Of a stretch of 64,000 nucleotides of DNA, positions 38,697-53,154 are shown piece by piece; the first letter of the stretch is position 1, and every line of letters begins with the position of its first letter. Where the stretch lies: assembly GCA_951406725.2 (NCBI GenBank), contig OX597826.1, forward strand, positions 19,592,001 through 19,656,000. Reading direction: 5' to 3'. This DNA comes from Octopus vulgaris (Eukaryota). Both the position numbers and the translations under genes were made by a program. A model generated the notes under the pieces. The model was not told where the DNA came from. It ran no database searches and saw only the letters and a program-made list of their open reading frames with translations.

Positions 38697-40866
38697 TTTG
38701 TTTCTAGTTCCAGCTCAGAGCTGCGGCCATGCTGATGCACCGCCGTTTTGTGCTACACTGTTATTACGACGAACCGCGTCTAATATGTGGCACTTGGTGA
38801 AGAATGGAGTTTGATATAGCTACTCTCATTTGCACCTCTTGCCGTGAGGTAGGTTCATCTGGGACTCTTGACAGGAAGATGTCCAGCTTTGATTTTAAAA
38901 CCGCTACATCTACTTTGTGCAAGTTCCTCAGACTCTTTGGGAGAATATTAAAAAGCTGTGGGCCCTTGAAACCCAGGCTGTTGCAGAAGCTGGTCCTGAA
39001 GCGTGATGGCATTGCTGAATCTTTGGCACTATGCAGTGTCGTCCCGTTCTAGCATTGGTGTAGCTTACAATGCCAAAATTTGGCACAATTTCTTCCAGAC
39101 ATATATTACTGTATACCTCTCCCGTCTTCTCTCCAGGGAGTAGTCTTAGCTGTTTCAGCCTTTCCCAGTAGATGAGCTGTTGCAAAGAGACGATCTTCTT
39201 TGTGAATCTTCTCTGGATTGCTTCAAGGTCCGCTGTTAATTTTACACTGGTGGGTGACCATAGCTGTGAGCAGTAATCCAGGCAGCTGAGGACGAATGTC
39301 CGCCAGAGGAACATTATGGTTTCCTTATCTCTGGTTCTGAATGTTCTTAGGATCCACCCAGCCAGTCGTCTGCATTTTGTCGCCATCCTGGTAATGTGTA
39401 CTTGGAAAGAGGTATCATCACTCATGTCGATACCCAGGTCCCTCATAGACTTAGGCTCTGGGATTGAAATTCCCTGTGGACCGGTGTATCCTGTAAGTTT
39501 AATATTCAGTTTTGGATGCTGGTAGCGCAGGGCCTGGAATTTTTCAGCATTAAACTGCATATTATTATCCTCAGCCCATCTGTAGATTGAGTCCAACTCC
39601 TGCTGCTGGTGTGCAACATCGCTGGGGTTTTGTATTTTCTGCGAGACTTTCGTATCGTCTGCATAACTGGCCAGAGTTGCTATCCTGGCATTTGAGGGCA
39701 TATCTGAGAAGGCCACTATAAAAAGCAGTGGTCCCAAGACAGTGCCCTGTGGAACACCGCTCACTATTTGTGTGTTCATAGAGGTGGCTCCATTAACCAC
39801 TACTGCCTGACTCCTATCTTTCAGGAAGTCATGCAACCACACTCCAAGTTTTCCAGCTATACCGAGGTCACGCAGTTTGTGGCATATCATACCATGATCC
39901 ACCTTGTCAAAAGCTTTTGCAAAATCAAGGTAGATTACGTCCACATTTGATTTGTTGAGTAACTGCCTCAACACCCAGTCATAATGTTGTAAGAGCTGGG
40001 TCAGGCAGCTCCTACCTGGTCGAAAACCATGCTGGGTATCACTCAGCAAGTTATTTTCCTCAAGGAATGTGATTAGTTTCTTTCTGACTATCCGTTCCAT
40101 GACCTTGCTGATGTGTGAAGTCAGAGAGCTAGGCCTATAGTTTTTGGCATCTGCTCTACTTCCCCCTTTATGTATTGGGCATATTATTCCCTCCTTCAGC
40201 TTGCTTGGCAGTTTGCCATTCGCAAGAAAGCTCTGGAAGAGAATCTTGAGGGGTTTTGCCAGGGCATGCTTACACGCTTTGAGGAGGATGGCTGGGAAAC
40301 CATCTGGACCAGCAGCTGAGTTTGTGTCCACTTCATCTATGGCTAGTAGGACATCTTTTTCGCTAATGTCAATACATTCTATTGTAACCACCTCACTGGT
40401 TATAGGTGAGGCGGCAAAGAAGTCCACTGGTTCGTTCACTTGTCTGTGTTCCAACGGGGAGGTAAAGACACTTTTGAACTGGTCATTCAGCATCTCACTG
40501 ATCTTAGTTGAACTGTCTGTGAGGGAGCCATCCTTTTGAAGGAGGTGTCCTATCTTGTAGTGCACTGAGACTGTTTCTTTCGCGTAATGAAAGAAGGCCT
40601 TTGGGTTTGATTTAATGTTTTTTATAACCCAGGCTTCTTTGTCTGCTTTCTCCTTCACATAGGATTGTTGCAGCCTTTTTTCGATCTCCATCAGTGTTGT
40701 TTTTAGGCGGGACGTTTCGCTACTTTTGGGATGTTGGTTGAGCTGATTTGCAACCTTCGTCCGTCGTCTCATGAGGATCTTCCTGTCTCTTGGAATCTTG
40801 CTCCTATTTGTTTTGGTCTTGTGCTCTGGGACATATTTCTGGTATACGGCTTGCACAGAAGACATG
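38697..40866 (-). mobile_element. 5'-truncated CR1-group LINE (RT, frameshifted C-terminus)
   Basis: 645-aa ORF homologous to 22494-25298, with the same 3' tail cagcatggccgcagctctgagctggaactag. Confidence 0.95.
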
Positions 40867-41330
40867 AAACATTCTAAATTCTAGATTTAGTGCCCAATGT
40901 TTGCAGGTGTATATTATACCATTGCGTTCATTGAGACAGTCCGTGGATTGCAAAATAGCCATGACCTTGGCTATGTAGAGATCCCACTTCTTATATACTC
41001 TGTAATGTTTGGCGTGGGTGACTATGAACCACTTGAGAGTGTAAGGGGTTGAATCAAATTTACTGATAAGTTGAGATAACGATGTACTGTTAGATTTTGT
41101 GTGGGATTTGAAGCTAGAGTAGTGATTGCTCACTCTAGCTTTGAAGGTGGTGCTACATGAGCCGATGTAAATGTAGTTACACTTGTTAGTTGATACTGTG
41201 CGCTTATAAACTAAAGGACATGAAGGTGGGGTGTTTTGGATGAGCTTGTTATTTAGTGATGAATCGATGTTCGGTTCGTTATTATAGTTGGTGCTGAGGT
41301 TATCACTTTCAAAAATGTGGCCAGATGTTG
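40867..41330 (-). pseudogene. Degenerate PLE GIY-YIG C-terminal fragment
   Basis: YTLKWFIVTHAKHY...CLNERNGIIYTCKH resembles the PLE pattern W.I...A..Y....LN.R.E....C.H. Confidence 0.6.
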
Positions 41331-41906
41331 TAAATTACCTACTATAAATGATAAACAATATGAATTGTAGAGATTATATTACTGAACTACAAAGTACTTT
41401 GGTCTGTTGTGGAACCTTGCTAAAAAAGTCTTAAAGAAGTAATATTACTCAGATTAACAACAGGTTCCCTTTCCTTTTCATTGTTACATTGCTAATGATA
41501 AACATAGCATTAGTACCAATTGTCTTTTTTTATGGTTTAGTCATGAATGGGAAAATATTTGAATTTACAAAACAGAATGGAAAAAGAGAACACAAGACAT
41601 TATAAGGCAACACTTTAAGAGCTTTAATTATGCAATTTGATTGAATAAATGCAATTTAAATGAAAAAAAAGTATATTTATTTTATTTATCTATACAGCAG
41701 AAAGAAAAATCTTCACAAATTAATTATAGAAAATATATCCAATAACACATAGTTTATATGCTGACAAGGCACTTCCATGGATAGTCAGAAATCATTAACA
41801 GGAGAAATAACATTCATTTTCCCCAAAATCCAACCGAAAGTCCACTAAAATAGAAATGGGTCTTGAGATGGATCTTAAATATCAAATTTTTTTGCTTTCC
41901 TTACAG

Positions 41907-42232
41907 AATTTCTACCATGTCAACTTACTAGCACAAATATGGTGCTCATAAAAAGGGATGAATTGGAGAACAGCTTGAATGAAAGGGAGAAAGAAGTATT
42001 CAGAGGTTCTTGGATGTTATATGTGATTGGCTTCCAGCATGATCGGCAGCATATTGTTCCAGGACATGGGCCCACTTCTGTAGGTTCATGTAATAGCAAC
42101 ACTGTTGGAGATACAATCATGACAGTAGGCTTGACATGGAAAATCAACAGAAAGCCTGTAAAACATGACAGAAGCATGTGCAGAGACAGTCCAAGAACAC
42201 AAGAGCCAACTTTCAACAGAAAACATACCTAA
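41907..42232 (+). CDS. Candidate downstream exon in phase with the 8084 exon
   Basis: Strong acceptor ttttttgctttccttacag|AA and phase-1 entry into the 41939-42232 ORF. Product not recognisable. Confidence 0.25.
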
Positions 42233-42841
42233 AATATGTGAGGTTGATATTGGACTTAATCCTTCAGCTATTTCAGCTAAAGAATATGCAGATGTGATTT
42301 GGAAAGCGTGCTTGCTGCATCCAAAAGATTATCCTAAAGATTTTATTAGATGGATATTGATGAAATAAGAGTCTCAAGATGATCAATCTCGATTAATGTA
42401 ACTCAAGATTTTAGCCATGTAAAATAGCAGTAAAATAGACGAAAGAGATTCATAGAGTTGGTGCTTTATACTAAACAAGAGATAAACCACCCACTGATGA
42501 ATTCAAAATCACTATGAATTCATTTGAGAGAAGATGGACTCCTACATGACTGACACATATAAAGGCTTTAGTGATGTGCTAGCAGTGGATTTCAAAGACA
42601 TGGTAACATGATGGACTGTAAGACTCTATTACCATTTCTTATATAAAGTAAATATATTAGCAGTATATAACTAAGTTAGCAGCATATGTATTGGCAGTAT
42701 ATGACTTCAATCTCAAATATTTTATCCTGTTTTGATAAATATAGTTTTAATAAAGCAAAAAAACTTATTATTAAAGTAATCTAATAAGTGATTAATGTCA
42801 ATTATAAAAATAAAATAAAGCTTTAGATAGAAGAACAGTAT

Positions 42842-42951
42842 TTAAGCCATAATCACATTAGTAGTAATAAAAGCAAACAAAATAGTGAATACAATTGTTA
42901 TTGTAAGTAGAATCTTTGATCCAAAGAAAGAAGAATCATTCCCAGGAGTCT
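42842..42951 (-). CDS. Terminal exon of Cys-repeat gene: ETPGNDSSFFGSKILLTITIVFTILFAFITTNVIMA* (GPI-signal-like)
   Basis: Poly-T cacag acceptor, phase 1 matching the 47035 donor, small residues then a hydrophobic tail and stop. Confidence 0.75.
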
Positions 42952-45204
42952 CTGTGAAAAAAAAAAATTTTACTTATTACAGACATATAAACAAATATCT
43001 TTCTATACATACATATAGAGACTGACTCAACCAAAATTAAAATATTAATCTTTTTCATGGTGTATAACACCCTTTCTTCTGACAGTCAACACGCACACAC
43101 TCACGCTCCCTCCCTCCCTCACTCACTCACTATGTATTGTATGTATGTATGTACATGCACACACAATACGCAGACATCATTAGCTGCCCCCACCAAAATA
43201 TCATCAAAGTGTTACTTTTTAATGACACATGATGTGATTGAGTAAGCACTATTATTATAATGTTATCCACTGAAAAGAATATCAAAAAGTGAGAAGGAAA
43301 ATACAAAAAGCTTTAGTTGCTCACACATTTAATTAAAACCAGGAGACTAATGAATATAACAACATTGTAATAGTTAAGACAGTCATCAAATATAATCACA
43401 ACAAACCAGATAGAGTAATCTGAAATAGTGAATACATTTAGATAGTTGCTTGATAAGTAGCCCGTTTTAACACTACTACATGTGCCTTCAGTATAGTACA
43501 CACTGTGTGAAATGCTCAGATTAGAATCTGGTTTGAAGGTAACTTCCTTCTATCAGTCCTGAGACAAAGTTATCTTCAAAAAAGGTAATGGTTGCTGCCC
43601 TTTCACCTCTGTCAAGCAAAACCAAACATAAAACCCCACACAGTGAGTGGTTGGGTTTGTAACTATATTTATTTATGTAACTCATTATGTCACAGATTAA
43701 ATTAGTCAGCAAGGCATATTTTAATCTGTCCACAGTGTGCATACTTCTAATTTTAATTTTAAAAGTTTGGAGCTGTAACCCCTTACATGCTATTTTTAGA
43801 GTTTCTCATTCATCAATTATTTCATATTTGGCTTAACTTTCTACCCTCACACCCCAGTTAACATTTTATCAGGACATTTTTCATTATAGATATGTGCAGT
43901 TATTTTGTGTGAATTAGTAATAGTAAATACTTGAAACAGAGAAACTAATATATTCAAACTAACCAGGTGTATTTCTCTATGGGCCATCAACTAAAGTTTA
44001 AAAAAATCATAACAGACATTGTGTAAGAGATAGAGAATACGTAAAATTGCATTGGGGCTGACATCACTGGATTTGAACTCAGCATTGCAGTTCAATAAAA
44101 CACTTGTCACAGAGTACAGCTATCTAGCCATGTGATATCCATAGAGACAGAGATCTGAATTGCTACAGGCTAAAGATCTTCATTATAGACACAGCACATT
44201 ATCAGTGGGGACATGAAACCATGTGCTTGCTTTCTCATTTATCAACTATTATCATATCAAGTCAAATATTTAATGCTTTAGGCTTTAATCATGATACATC
44301 TTGTGATAACTAAATGTTTCTTCACCTGGATAATGAAATAAATTAATTCACATCAGATAAATGCTCACTCAGCCTATCACAAGATAACTCCAGATTATAT
44401 TCTTCCTTATATAAGTTGGTTTTTTTTATAGTTCCAGTTATCATACAGAACTGTTTTTAAAAGTCTTATGGGCTCCTTGGCAAGCAATGCACTGGGGAGC
44501 CTAAATATTTACTGGAAACAAACCTCAGCATATATGCATTAAGCATTAGGTCCATAAACCCACAGGGCCCCTGGAATAACTGCTAATGTGCCCATGCATT
44601 AAGATGGTCCTGTTACCATGGACATTATTATTATACAGACTGATCAAAGAACATTTTACATTGCTATCAGTGACTTTTAGAGCAGAATTTAAACATATTG
44701 TTTTCAACTACACAAAATTGCCAAATTTAACTATTTTTATAGGAAATAAGCTATTCCCAACCATCTTCCCCATCTAATATCACCCCAAATAACCCTACAT
44801 TTTTCTATCATAATCTTGCTCATTCTACTCACCTTTCTAATGTCAATCCACTTTCTTTTATTCGTCTTCAGTCACCTGGGGTTATTGGGTATACTCTACA
44901 CACATACTCTTACCCTCCCCTACTCTCAGCTACCCATTTCTGGCCTTTCTGCTGTCAGCAATCTCCCTCTTACTCTCTTCCCCAAGGTTACTATGTGTTC
45001 ATAACATGTTCTGTGACAAGGCATCCTTCCCTTTTGTGCTAGTGCCATGACAAGCTCTGCCTCTGTCATGCTCCATCTCTAGTGCTAGTAATACAAAAAA
45101 ATACACACTGTAAAGTGACTGGTAAATAAACAGAAATAGTGTAAGGTTGTGAAGTTCTTTCACTCCTGTCTTGCCAAAAACTATTCAACCTCTCTAATGT
45201 TGGT

Positions 45205-45385
45205 ACCATGAGAAAATACACCCAGTACACTGTGAAGTGACTGGTAGTAAGGAACATCCAGTAATAGAAGCCAAGCTAAATGATTGTATGAACAACAGTA
45301 CTGCCCAATAAGATATGACATGGACCATGATGATTGATTTAATTCATGTCAGCATGGAAAGCAGACATAAAATGATGGTGATGGT
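45205..45385 (+). mobile_element. Old RTE 3'-end remnant
   Basis: catgtcagcatggaaagcagacataaaatgatgg resembles the reverse complement of 34325-34362. Confidence 0.55.
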
Positions 45386-45545
45386 AGGGAAGAACATTTT
45401 CTGTTAATTGTTTTACTATTAAGATTTTGATTTCTTGTTTGTTGCACATATTCATATTTCATAATAAAAGATTGCTTGCTTTGTTTCACTATCTTTTAGC
45501 TGTAGCATCAATTTAACTAAAATTCATTATTGTATAAAAATATGA

Positions 45546-45790
45546 TGGAGGCACTTTGCTCAGTGGTTAGAGTGTTGAACTCATGATCGTAAGAATGTAG
45601 TTCTGATTCCTGGACAGTGCAACATGTTATATCCTTGAGCAAAGCAGGTCATTTCACACTGCTCCAGTCCACTCAGCTGGCAAAAATGAGTAATCCTGTA
45701 ATGGACTGGCATCCCATCCAGGGGAGAATATATGCACCACAGAAACCAACCCTATGAGTCTGTATTACCTGGGAAGGATGTTTATCTGTA
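45546..45790 (+). mobile_element. tRNA-derived SINE, second family
   Basis: A-box-like tgctcagtgg, degenerate B box, and core cttgagcaa...ccagtccactcagctg...gcatcccatccagggg. Confidence 0.6.
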
Positions 45791-45929
45791 TCCTATCCTA
45801 TAAAAATATTATATTACAGTAATGACTTAATAGGTGTTTACAACACACCCACTCAGATGTTTTCCCAACAATTATTCTAAAAACATGTAACAATGGATTT
45901 AGTCAAGGAAGTTTGGTTACATTTATAAA

Positions 45930-46900
45930 ATTTTCTTGAAAGGGGCAAAATCTTCAAAACGTTGAAAGAAGGTATATGGCTCATGAATAAAGGAAGAAGA
46001 ATAGTGGTTAAAGACTACTGACCTATCTCTTTGACTATCAGCAAGATCATGGAACAAATCTTCAGAGAGAATGATTATGTTCCTTGAACAGAATCACTCA
46101 CTAAATGAGCTTCACTGAAACTCAGTGAAAATGAGTTTCACTGAAATAGGTTCAGATAACAGTGTTACCAATATTGATGACCATTGAAACAGCCACTCAA
46201 CAAGTTAAATAAAATTTGTGGTAAACCTAACTCTGCAAAAGCTTTTGATGAAATCAATCTTGGAGTGATCTCCTACAAGTCATGTGAAATTAGGACAATG
46301 GTTACAGGATTGTTAACTTGCAGAAACTTTACTTCTGTATCCGAAGTCAAGTTTCTGCAAGTTAACACTGTCCTATGGTAAAGTTGTCCATCCAGAGTGT
46401 TTTCCACAGGGAACTGTTACTGTCCATAATAGCTTTTCAATAACATCCTTAAATTTAGCATACCATTCTTGACTAATACCAAGGTATGAAAAGTAATCAA
46501 GAACCTAGATGAAAACTCACAGAATCTTGATGCTGGATACAGGTGAGCTAATAAAAAAAAAATGCAATTTAATACAAGGAAGTACCTTGCTACTCTCCAA
46601 ATAATATAGATACACAAAATGCAGCAGGACCACAATTCCAGAGATGGAATATACGAGAGACACTAGGCAACAGCATGCAGATGACTGGCAGGCCGTATCA
46701 TGAGAACATTAAAAACAGGTTTCCTTGATTATGGTCAGCCAGGGGAGATCCAGGTGTCCACCGAAAAAATGATTGCTTCCATACATCAACTGAACTTCTA
46801 GGAGAGATTGTAATTTTTAAGATTCAACTCACTGGAATGAAGATGGGAAAAATCTGCAGCAGTCTATTGCTAGGCATAAAATGGGCCAGTTGTTCTAGGC
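45930..46900 (+). pseudogene. Highly decayed CR1-group LINE RT
   Basis: Remnants of YRPISL (gactactgacctatctctttg) and AKAFD (gcaaaagcttttgatgaa). Confidence 0.55.
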
Positions 46901-47034
46901 CCATCTAGATTCTGGAAGGACTAGCACCAAACATTAGCACTGAAAGCTCTGCAAATTCTTGAGCTAGCTGCCACAGTACAAAACACCAAAGTGAAAAAAA
47001 TAATCAAAGATCTATTTCTATCTCAAATACTTAC

Positions 47035-47114
47035 CACATATGATTTTCTTAAGCTTTACTGGCATTTGATTACAACCATACACTTTAGCGCACTTTATAT
47101 AATCACTTTTGGCA
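47035..47114 (-). CDS. Internal exon (80 nt, phase 2-1): AKSDYIKCAKVYGCNQMPVKLKKIIC
   Basis: Acceptor cttttgacag and donor GTAAGT. Same length, phases and Cys spacing as 54551-54630. Confidence 0.85.
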
Positions 47115-47793
47115 CTGTCAAAAGATTTGAGAAAAAAAAATGGCAATTATTTTCACTTTCACAATATAAAAGTTACAAAATTTCCTTTTTCAATATCTTG
47201 AGTAAGGTGTGAATTACAGCAGCAATGTCTCAATTGATACAGTTTTACTCCTTACATTGTTAATTCACTTGAGAAATGCATAGCTATCACATCTCATTTA
47301 ATCCTCTTAAAAACATAGTGCTAATACATCTTCACCTAATCTCTTACAATTAGCAGCCGTATCTTCTTCCAGCTATATCTTGCCAGCTTTAAAAATAAGA
47401 TTGAGTGCATAATGCAATCTTCAATATATTATGCCAGGAAAAAATGCAAAATGGTCATGGTTAGAACCCATCTATACAATGAAAATTCAACACAGGAAGA
47501 ACAGAAAAACATTTGTCAAAACCAAGCATGAAATACATTTGATGGTGACAAATCTGTACAAAAACACAACAAATATCGAGAAAGTAGGAACATCCTCTCC
47601 TATTTCAAATTCATCAACAGACAACACAAAGCATCAAAACCTTACTTAATCACACAGCAAATCAGAACAAAAGGCATCCCAGAAGTTACCAAAAAAAAGT
47701 ATTAATTTAGTTTTTAGGATTTATATACAGCTAACTTCATTATTACTATCTCTACAGTCAAATTATATGTTCTTTCTGAAATTAAGATAAATA

Positions 47794-48994
47794 CAAGGTG
47801 CATTCCAGAAGTTTAGAGACTTTTTTTTAGGCAAGTCATTTATTTCTGTCCTAGATTACTGTAATTTTAGTACATCATTACTAATAAGCTGACCTGCTAG
47901 CTTTTGTTTATTTGAACGCAACACCGCTTATCACAGCTGAATGCAGTTGGGACATGAAGATGATTTAGAAGCTCACTATTCAATAAAGTTTTGTGTTAAA
48001 CTGGGCAACAATGCTACAGAAATTTATGAAATGCTCCAGACTGCTTGTGGATTAACTTGTATGAGCCGAGTATCTGTTTTTTTTTTTTTTGCTGGCAAGA
48101 GGTTCAACGATGGGAAAAAGGAGGTGAAAGACAATGAGAGGTGTGAGAGGGAAAGAGATGTCAGCATATCAGAGCTGGTTGAGAAAGTTCAGTTGGTGTA
48201 GCAACAGTGCACAGAACTCTCCATGACAATCTGAACTTGTGCAAAGTTTGTTCTCAGGATGCTCATTGATGAACAGAAGGAAAGACAAATTGGTGACAGC
48301 AGGGAGATGGTTGAGCTCATTACCTCCAATCCAAGAGTACTTGAGTCTCTGGTGACCTATGTTGAAAGATAGGTTTACTGTTATGATCCAGAGTGCCCAA
48401 TGGAAGCATCCTGTCTCCCCCAGATCCAAGAAGGCCAGGCAAATCAAGTCCACTAGGAAACTCATGACGATCCCCTCTTTTGATAGTAAGAGCATCATTT
48501 ACAGCCACTGGGTTCCCTCTGACCAGATCGTTGACAAAGAGTACTTTGTGGAGGTTTTAAGGGAGTTCAGGAAAAGATTTCATTGCAAAAGGCCAGAACT
48601 CTTCCATTCAGATCAGTGACACCTGCACCAAGACAATGCACCAGTCCACACAATTCCATCTTGATAATCAACTACTTGACAGAGATGGACATCAAAACTG
48701 TTCCTAACCCTCTCTACAGTCCTGACCTTAGTCCCTGTAAATTTTGGTTCTTCTCCAAGCTGAAGGAGAACCTCAGGAGCAGCCATTTTGAAGACATTGA
48801 GAAGATAAAGGAGGCTGTGACAAGGATCCTGGACACCTTCACTTTGGAAGGCTTCTATAGAACCTTCATGATGTGACCAGAGTGCCACAAGTGCATTGTC
48901 AGAGGATCCTGCTTTGAATGAAATAAGACTTTTGTATCTCTTTGAAATTAATGTCTCTCCTAAAAAGTATCAAAACTTCTGGAATGCATATCAC
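47794..48994 (+). mobile_element. Full-length degraded mariner transposon
   Basis: TIRs gtgcattccagaagttt / aaacttctggaatgcat and peptides SIKFCVKLG, QWKHPVSPRSKKAR, HQDNAP and YSPDLSPC. Confidence 0.9.
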
Positions 48995-50147
48995 AAAGTT
49001 TGTTTCTTTGCATCATTTTCTCTCTTTACCACCACTAAGAATGTGTTATTTCATATATTCATCATAACTTGTAATTAAGATCTATCATTTATAATATACA
49101 TGCCACAATGGGCTTTATTAAAACAGTTCCCATCTTATCTTAAATAAAGGATTCATTTCCCCCCCAAAAGACATTTTTGAAATCAACATACTTGAATAAT
49201 TCAATATTACTTAAGAGTTTTTAAAATGCAGTAGAAGAGGTTTTGTACCTGTATTTGTACTATCTAGAAAAGTACTCTTCCAAAAATGTTCTTTTACTCA
49301 TAGTCACTGATGGTACCAGTTTAGAGCAGGCCTAAGTATTACTTGGGCTCCTATGTAAAATTTAATCTTTACAATGTACATTTGCCATTCATGCTACTTT
49401 GTAATTTTATTTTCACAGAAATCACATTTTGCTTGGAATGTTTCCAGGACTAACCTAATTTGTCTTTATATAGAGAACTTAGCAGTCAGTGAGGTACCTG
49501 GAAGCAGTCCTACAAGTAGCAGAGATCCTTTTGCTGATTTTCCTGTTTTGGATCTGATTTGCTCAGAGCTCCGAGGCTACTTTTGGGTAGAAAACTACAA
49601 TACCACAAAGAGCTTTTCCTATCTTAATCCCCAAAGTGAGCAGTTTTTTTAACAAAGATGTAGAGACATATTAGCTGAATTTGGATGACCCAGAAGCACT
49701 GTATTTTGCACTCCTCACTAAATGAATGTCGGAGGTTTTGAATCTCTATAGAAATATTTTCTATGAATTACTCACATTGCTTGAAATTTCTCCAACATTG
49801 CTTGTAATCAGTGCAGTGTCTGACCCCAGTTTTCTAAGACTTAAAGTGGAATTTCTTGATAGGCAACAAGATGGAAAATTTGGGCATAAGTAGATGATGT
49901 GTCAAAAATCTTGAAGAATCCTCAACAGGAGAATTGCTATTACATGATTTTACAAGTTGTAAAAGATGTTACAAGCTTTCATGTTATTCTTTTTATTTAG
50001 TGTAATTTTGTGATTAAGTCAAAAAGTAATACTGAATTCAATTTATTACAAAAAAATATGAATTATTACCAACATAAAGCTTTTTCCTTCCACATGATTT
50101 TCAGACCAATTCTTAATCAGGCTGATAAAAACTACTACTGGTACTGC

Positions 50148-50400
50148 TATTCTTTTACTTGTTTCAGTCATTTGACTGTGGCCATGCTGGAGCACCGCCT
50201 TTAGTCGAGCAAATCGACCCCAGGACTTATTCTTTGTAAGCCTAGTACTTATTCTATCGGTCTCTTTTGCCAAACCGCTAAGTCACAGGGATGCAAACAC
50301 ACCAGCATCGGTTGTCAAGCGATATTGTTGGAACAAACACAGACACACAAACATATACATACACAATCACATATACATATATATATATACATACACATAT
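50148..50400 (-). mobile_element. SINE 3' half
   Basis: Matches 19030-19260. Confidence 0.85.
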
Positions 50401-50424
50401 AAAAATATACACACACACACACAT

Positions 50425-51500
50425 ATAGTCTTCTCAAATCGTCTGCATTCAAGGTCCTTGTCTCATTATCATGCAGCATTGCAGTTCTAATATAAACACC
50501 ATACAGTCTGCCATTCCCTTTCATGGAAAAGATCTTGTCAGCATTGGTAGTAATTCCCTGAACATTCTCCAACAAGTTCTTACTCTCATAACTTTCAGAA
50601 ACCCCCCCCCATGCTAATTACATCACTGAGAGCTAATAAAACACATCAACTCCTGCTAGTGAGAGATTCAATTTCTGGTGTGCTTGTATAAACTGTTCCA
50701 GTGTATCTACTGCATATGCAGCTTACATTTTCAGACAGCCTGCAGTGATTCCACATCTCTTATACTCTTTGTGTTCATAGCTTACATGAGTACAATGTAT
50801 GGAGTTTATACCTGCTCCTTTTCTGCATATCGAGCAAGACTATTTCCATGAAAGTACCACAGTCCTGTGTTCTTTTCTCCTAACAAAATCTTTTATCTTT
50901 GCTAGGTTCACCTCAAGGCCTCTGAATTCCAAGTTTAGCTTCTATGTCTATAATTTCTTCACTAAATCCCATATAGATTCAACTCTGAGAACTAGATCAT
51001 CTGCATAAAGGAGGTGCTATGAACAGCCAGTTTTAAACTACTTTGTGATGGCTTGTAAAATTATTATAATAGGTGAGGAGTGAAAACTGAATCTTGATGG
51101 ACTCCTACCATCACACTAAAACCACTGCTGAAGTTATTGCCACCACTCATTTTATTTCATGCATCCTTGAACATAGCTTGAACCACTTGCACAAGCCATT
51201 CATCAACTCCTAGTTTCCTGAATGCCCACCAGATTACTGAATGTAGTACCCAGTCAAATGCTTCCTCTAAATCAATGAAAGCCAGGTAGAGCAATTATTC
51301 TTAACCAGGTATTTCTCCTGTTGACTCAGTAGGAAGATTGCATCTGTGGTACTTCTACTGGGAACAAAGTGAAACAGCATCTCACTCAGACCTTGATAAC
51401 ATGATCTAGAAGTTTGATTTCCCTATAATTACTTGTCTCTAAGGTATTACCTTAGCCCTTGTAATAGTTTACAGTGATACTGTCATTAGGTATCTCCTTT
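50425..51500 (-). pseudogene. Decayed RTE LINE related to 36893-38560
   Basis: GRLYGVYIRTAMLHDNET, LYADDL and AFIDLEEAFD remnants. Confidence 0.75.
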
Positions 51501-52587
51501 GCTTTGGAGAGGAAGTCCTTAGATAGTTTTGTCTTATCACATAAGCAACACTTTGACTTTCTATCTTCAATCACCATGAACAGTTGCAATCCTCTGAAAA
51601 ACTGATCAGGTCAAGGATTGCCTTCATACTTCTTGATCTATTGGGGTCAGTAGCTCCATCCCTTGAACTGAACAACTTTACTTATGCATCCAGTGCACAT
51701 GCAATATGTTCATTCTATGTTTGGTACTGAGTAAAATAGTTGCTGCTATCCAGTAGATATCTATTTATGGTGGCACACTGACCACCTCTATCTTTGCCAT
51801 GCTCTAACTTGAAATAGATCAGTGAGGACCAGTTTGTCCCTCGTTAGTGTGTTCCAAAATGCTTCTTGGATTCCTCCTTGGTTAGAAATCTTACTTCTAT
51901 TATGTCAAACCTTCTCCCTCAGATGACAGAGTTTTGTGCCCCAGATTAGTCTAAGACACTTTTCAATAGCATTTGGTATTGCTTGTTCCACTTTTCTGGA
52001 CTTTGATCCATTACACCTACATATAATATCCTTTTTCTGTGCATTCTCCTGACTCTGATGCATAAGAATGTTGTTCTAATGTTGGTTAAATAATTTTTGG
52101 CATTTTTCAAATCCTGAGACAATAAAAAATTCTTGCATTCAAACCACTAGGCAAAACTATTGACACTTGGTTTGCTAAACACAGCACTAGTGCTATTAAT
52201 GGTGTTGTGTTAACACTTGTGGCAGTAGCAGTGGTTCTGTTGGTAGCATAGGTAAGTAAGTTGTTTCGGCTGTTAATTCTTTTCATTTTCATTGTTCTCA
52301 TTATCAATGTTGCTGCTGTTCTGACAGTTCTTGCATTCACTTTTGTTGTTATTGCCATCATTGTTGTTGTTGTTATTTATTGCAGTAGCACTTTGACTCA
52401 AAATGGGGAAGACTACTGTTTCAAACATTATTTACAGCCCTCTGGTATCCTATTACAAATTTCAATGCTATGTTTTGAGTTTTTGTAAATGGTAAACTTT
52501 GTGAAAGAAAATGAGCAAATCCCACTTCAAAGGTGTAAACAAAATGGAACTGACCAGTTCCTCAGGATCCTGATCAGTTTAACAATA

Positions 52588-52810
52588 CAGGAATCCTTTG
52601 ACTATCACAGGTATTACGTTCCAAAAACCCCCGCGATAGGGGAAAATCTGTGAAGTAGAAACAGTACTGTACTGTATATTTTTTATAATTATTTTTATAA
52701 TTTGTATATATTTAATTTATCATAAATGCAAAACAACACCATAGAGGAATCGACATAAGCTTAGATAAGAAACTGCAACAGGTGAACTGCAATATGGCAA
52801 GGGATTATGG
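52588..52810. mobile_element. Tigger-like MITE
   Basis: TA-flanked imperfect TIRs caggaatcctttg / caagggattatgg. Confidence 0.55.
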
Positions 52811-53084
52811 TACAGAATAAAAAATTTTGAACACAGACATTTAAAACAGATAAATAAACTTAGGAGTAATTCAAAGGTATGTATTGCTGATTAATAACAA
52901 CAACAATTATAATAATTTCCAATTTTAGGACTCAGAGGTCGGGTGAGAAATTTGTCAACTTGCATTCGATCAATTTAGTTACCTATTAATCTAAAACTTT
53001 AACTAATGATGAGATTTATAGATATATATGATGATGATATAACTGAAAAAAGTCAATAATATTTAATGAACATTTGTAACTTAC

Positions 53085-53154
53085 GCGCATTTGTCCTTCA
53101 CATTGGTGGCTTTCATTGTTCTGTCTATCTCACTGCTGCATGCAAACTCACAAT
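53085..53154 (-). CDS. Internal exon (70 nt, phase 1-2): DCEFACSSEIDRTMKATNVKDKCA
   Basis: Acceptor tttgtcatgccag and donor GTAAGT. Phases bridge the two 80-nt exons without a stop. Confidence 0.8.

Noticed and set aside
52107-52460. Minus-strand phase-2 acceptors giving Thr-rich/hydrophobic or IPEGCK* endings for the Cys-repeat gene
   Set aside because: Weaker acceptors, and the 47114 exon fits the repeat pattern far better.
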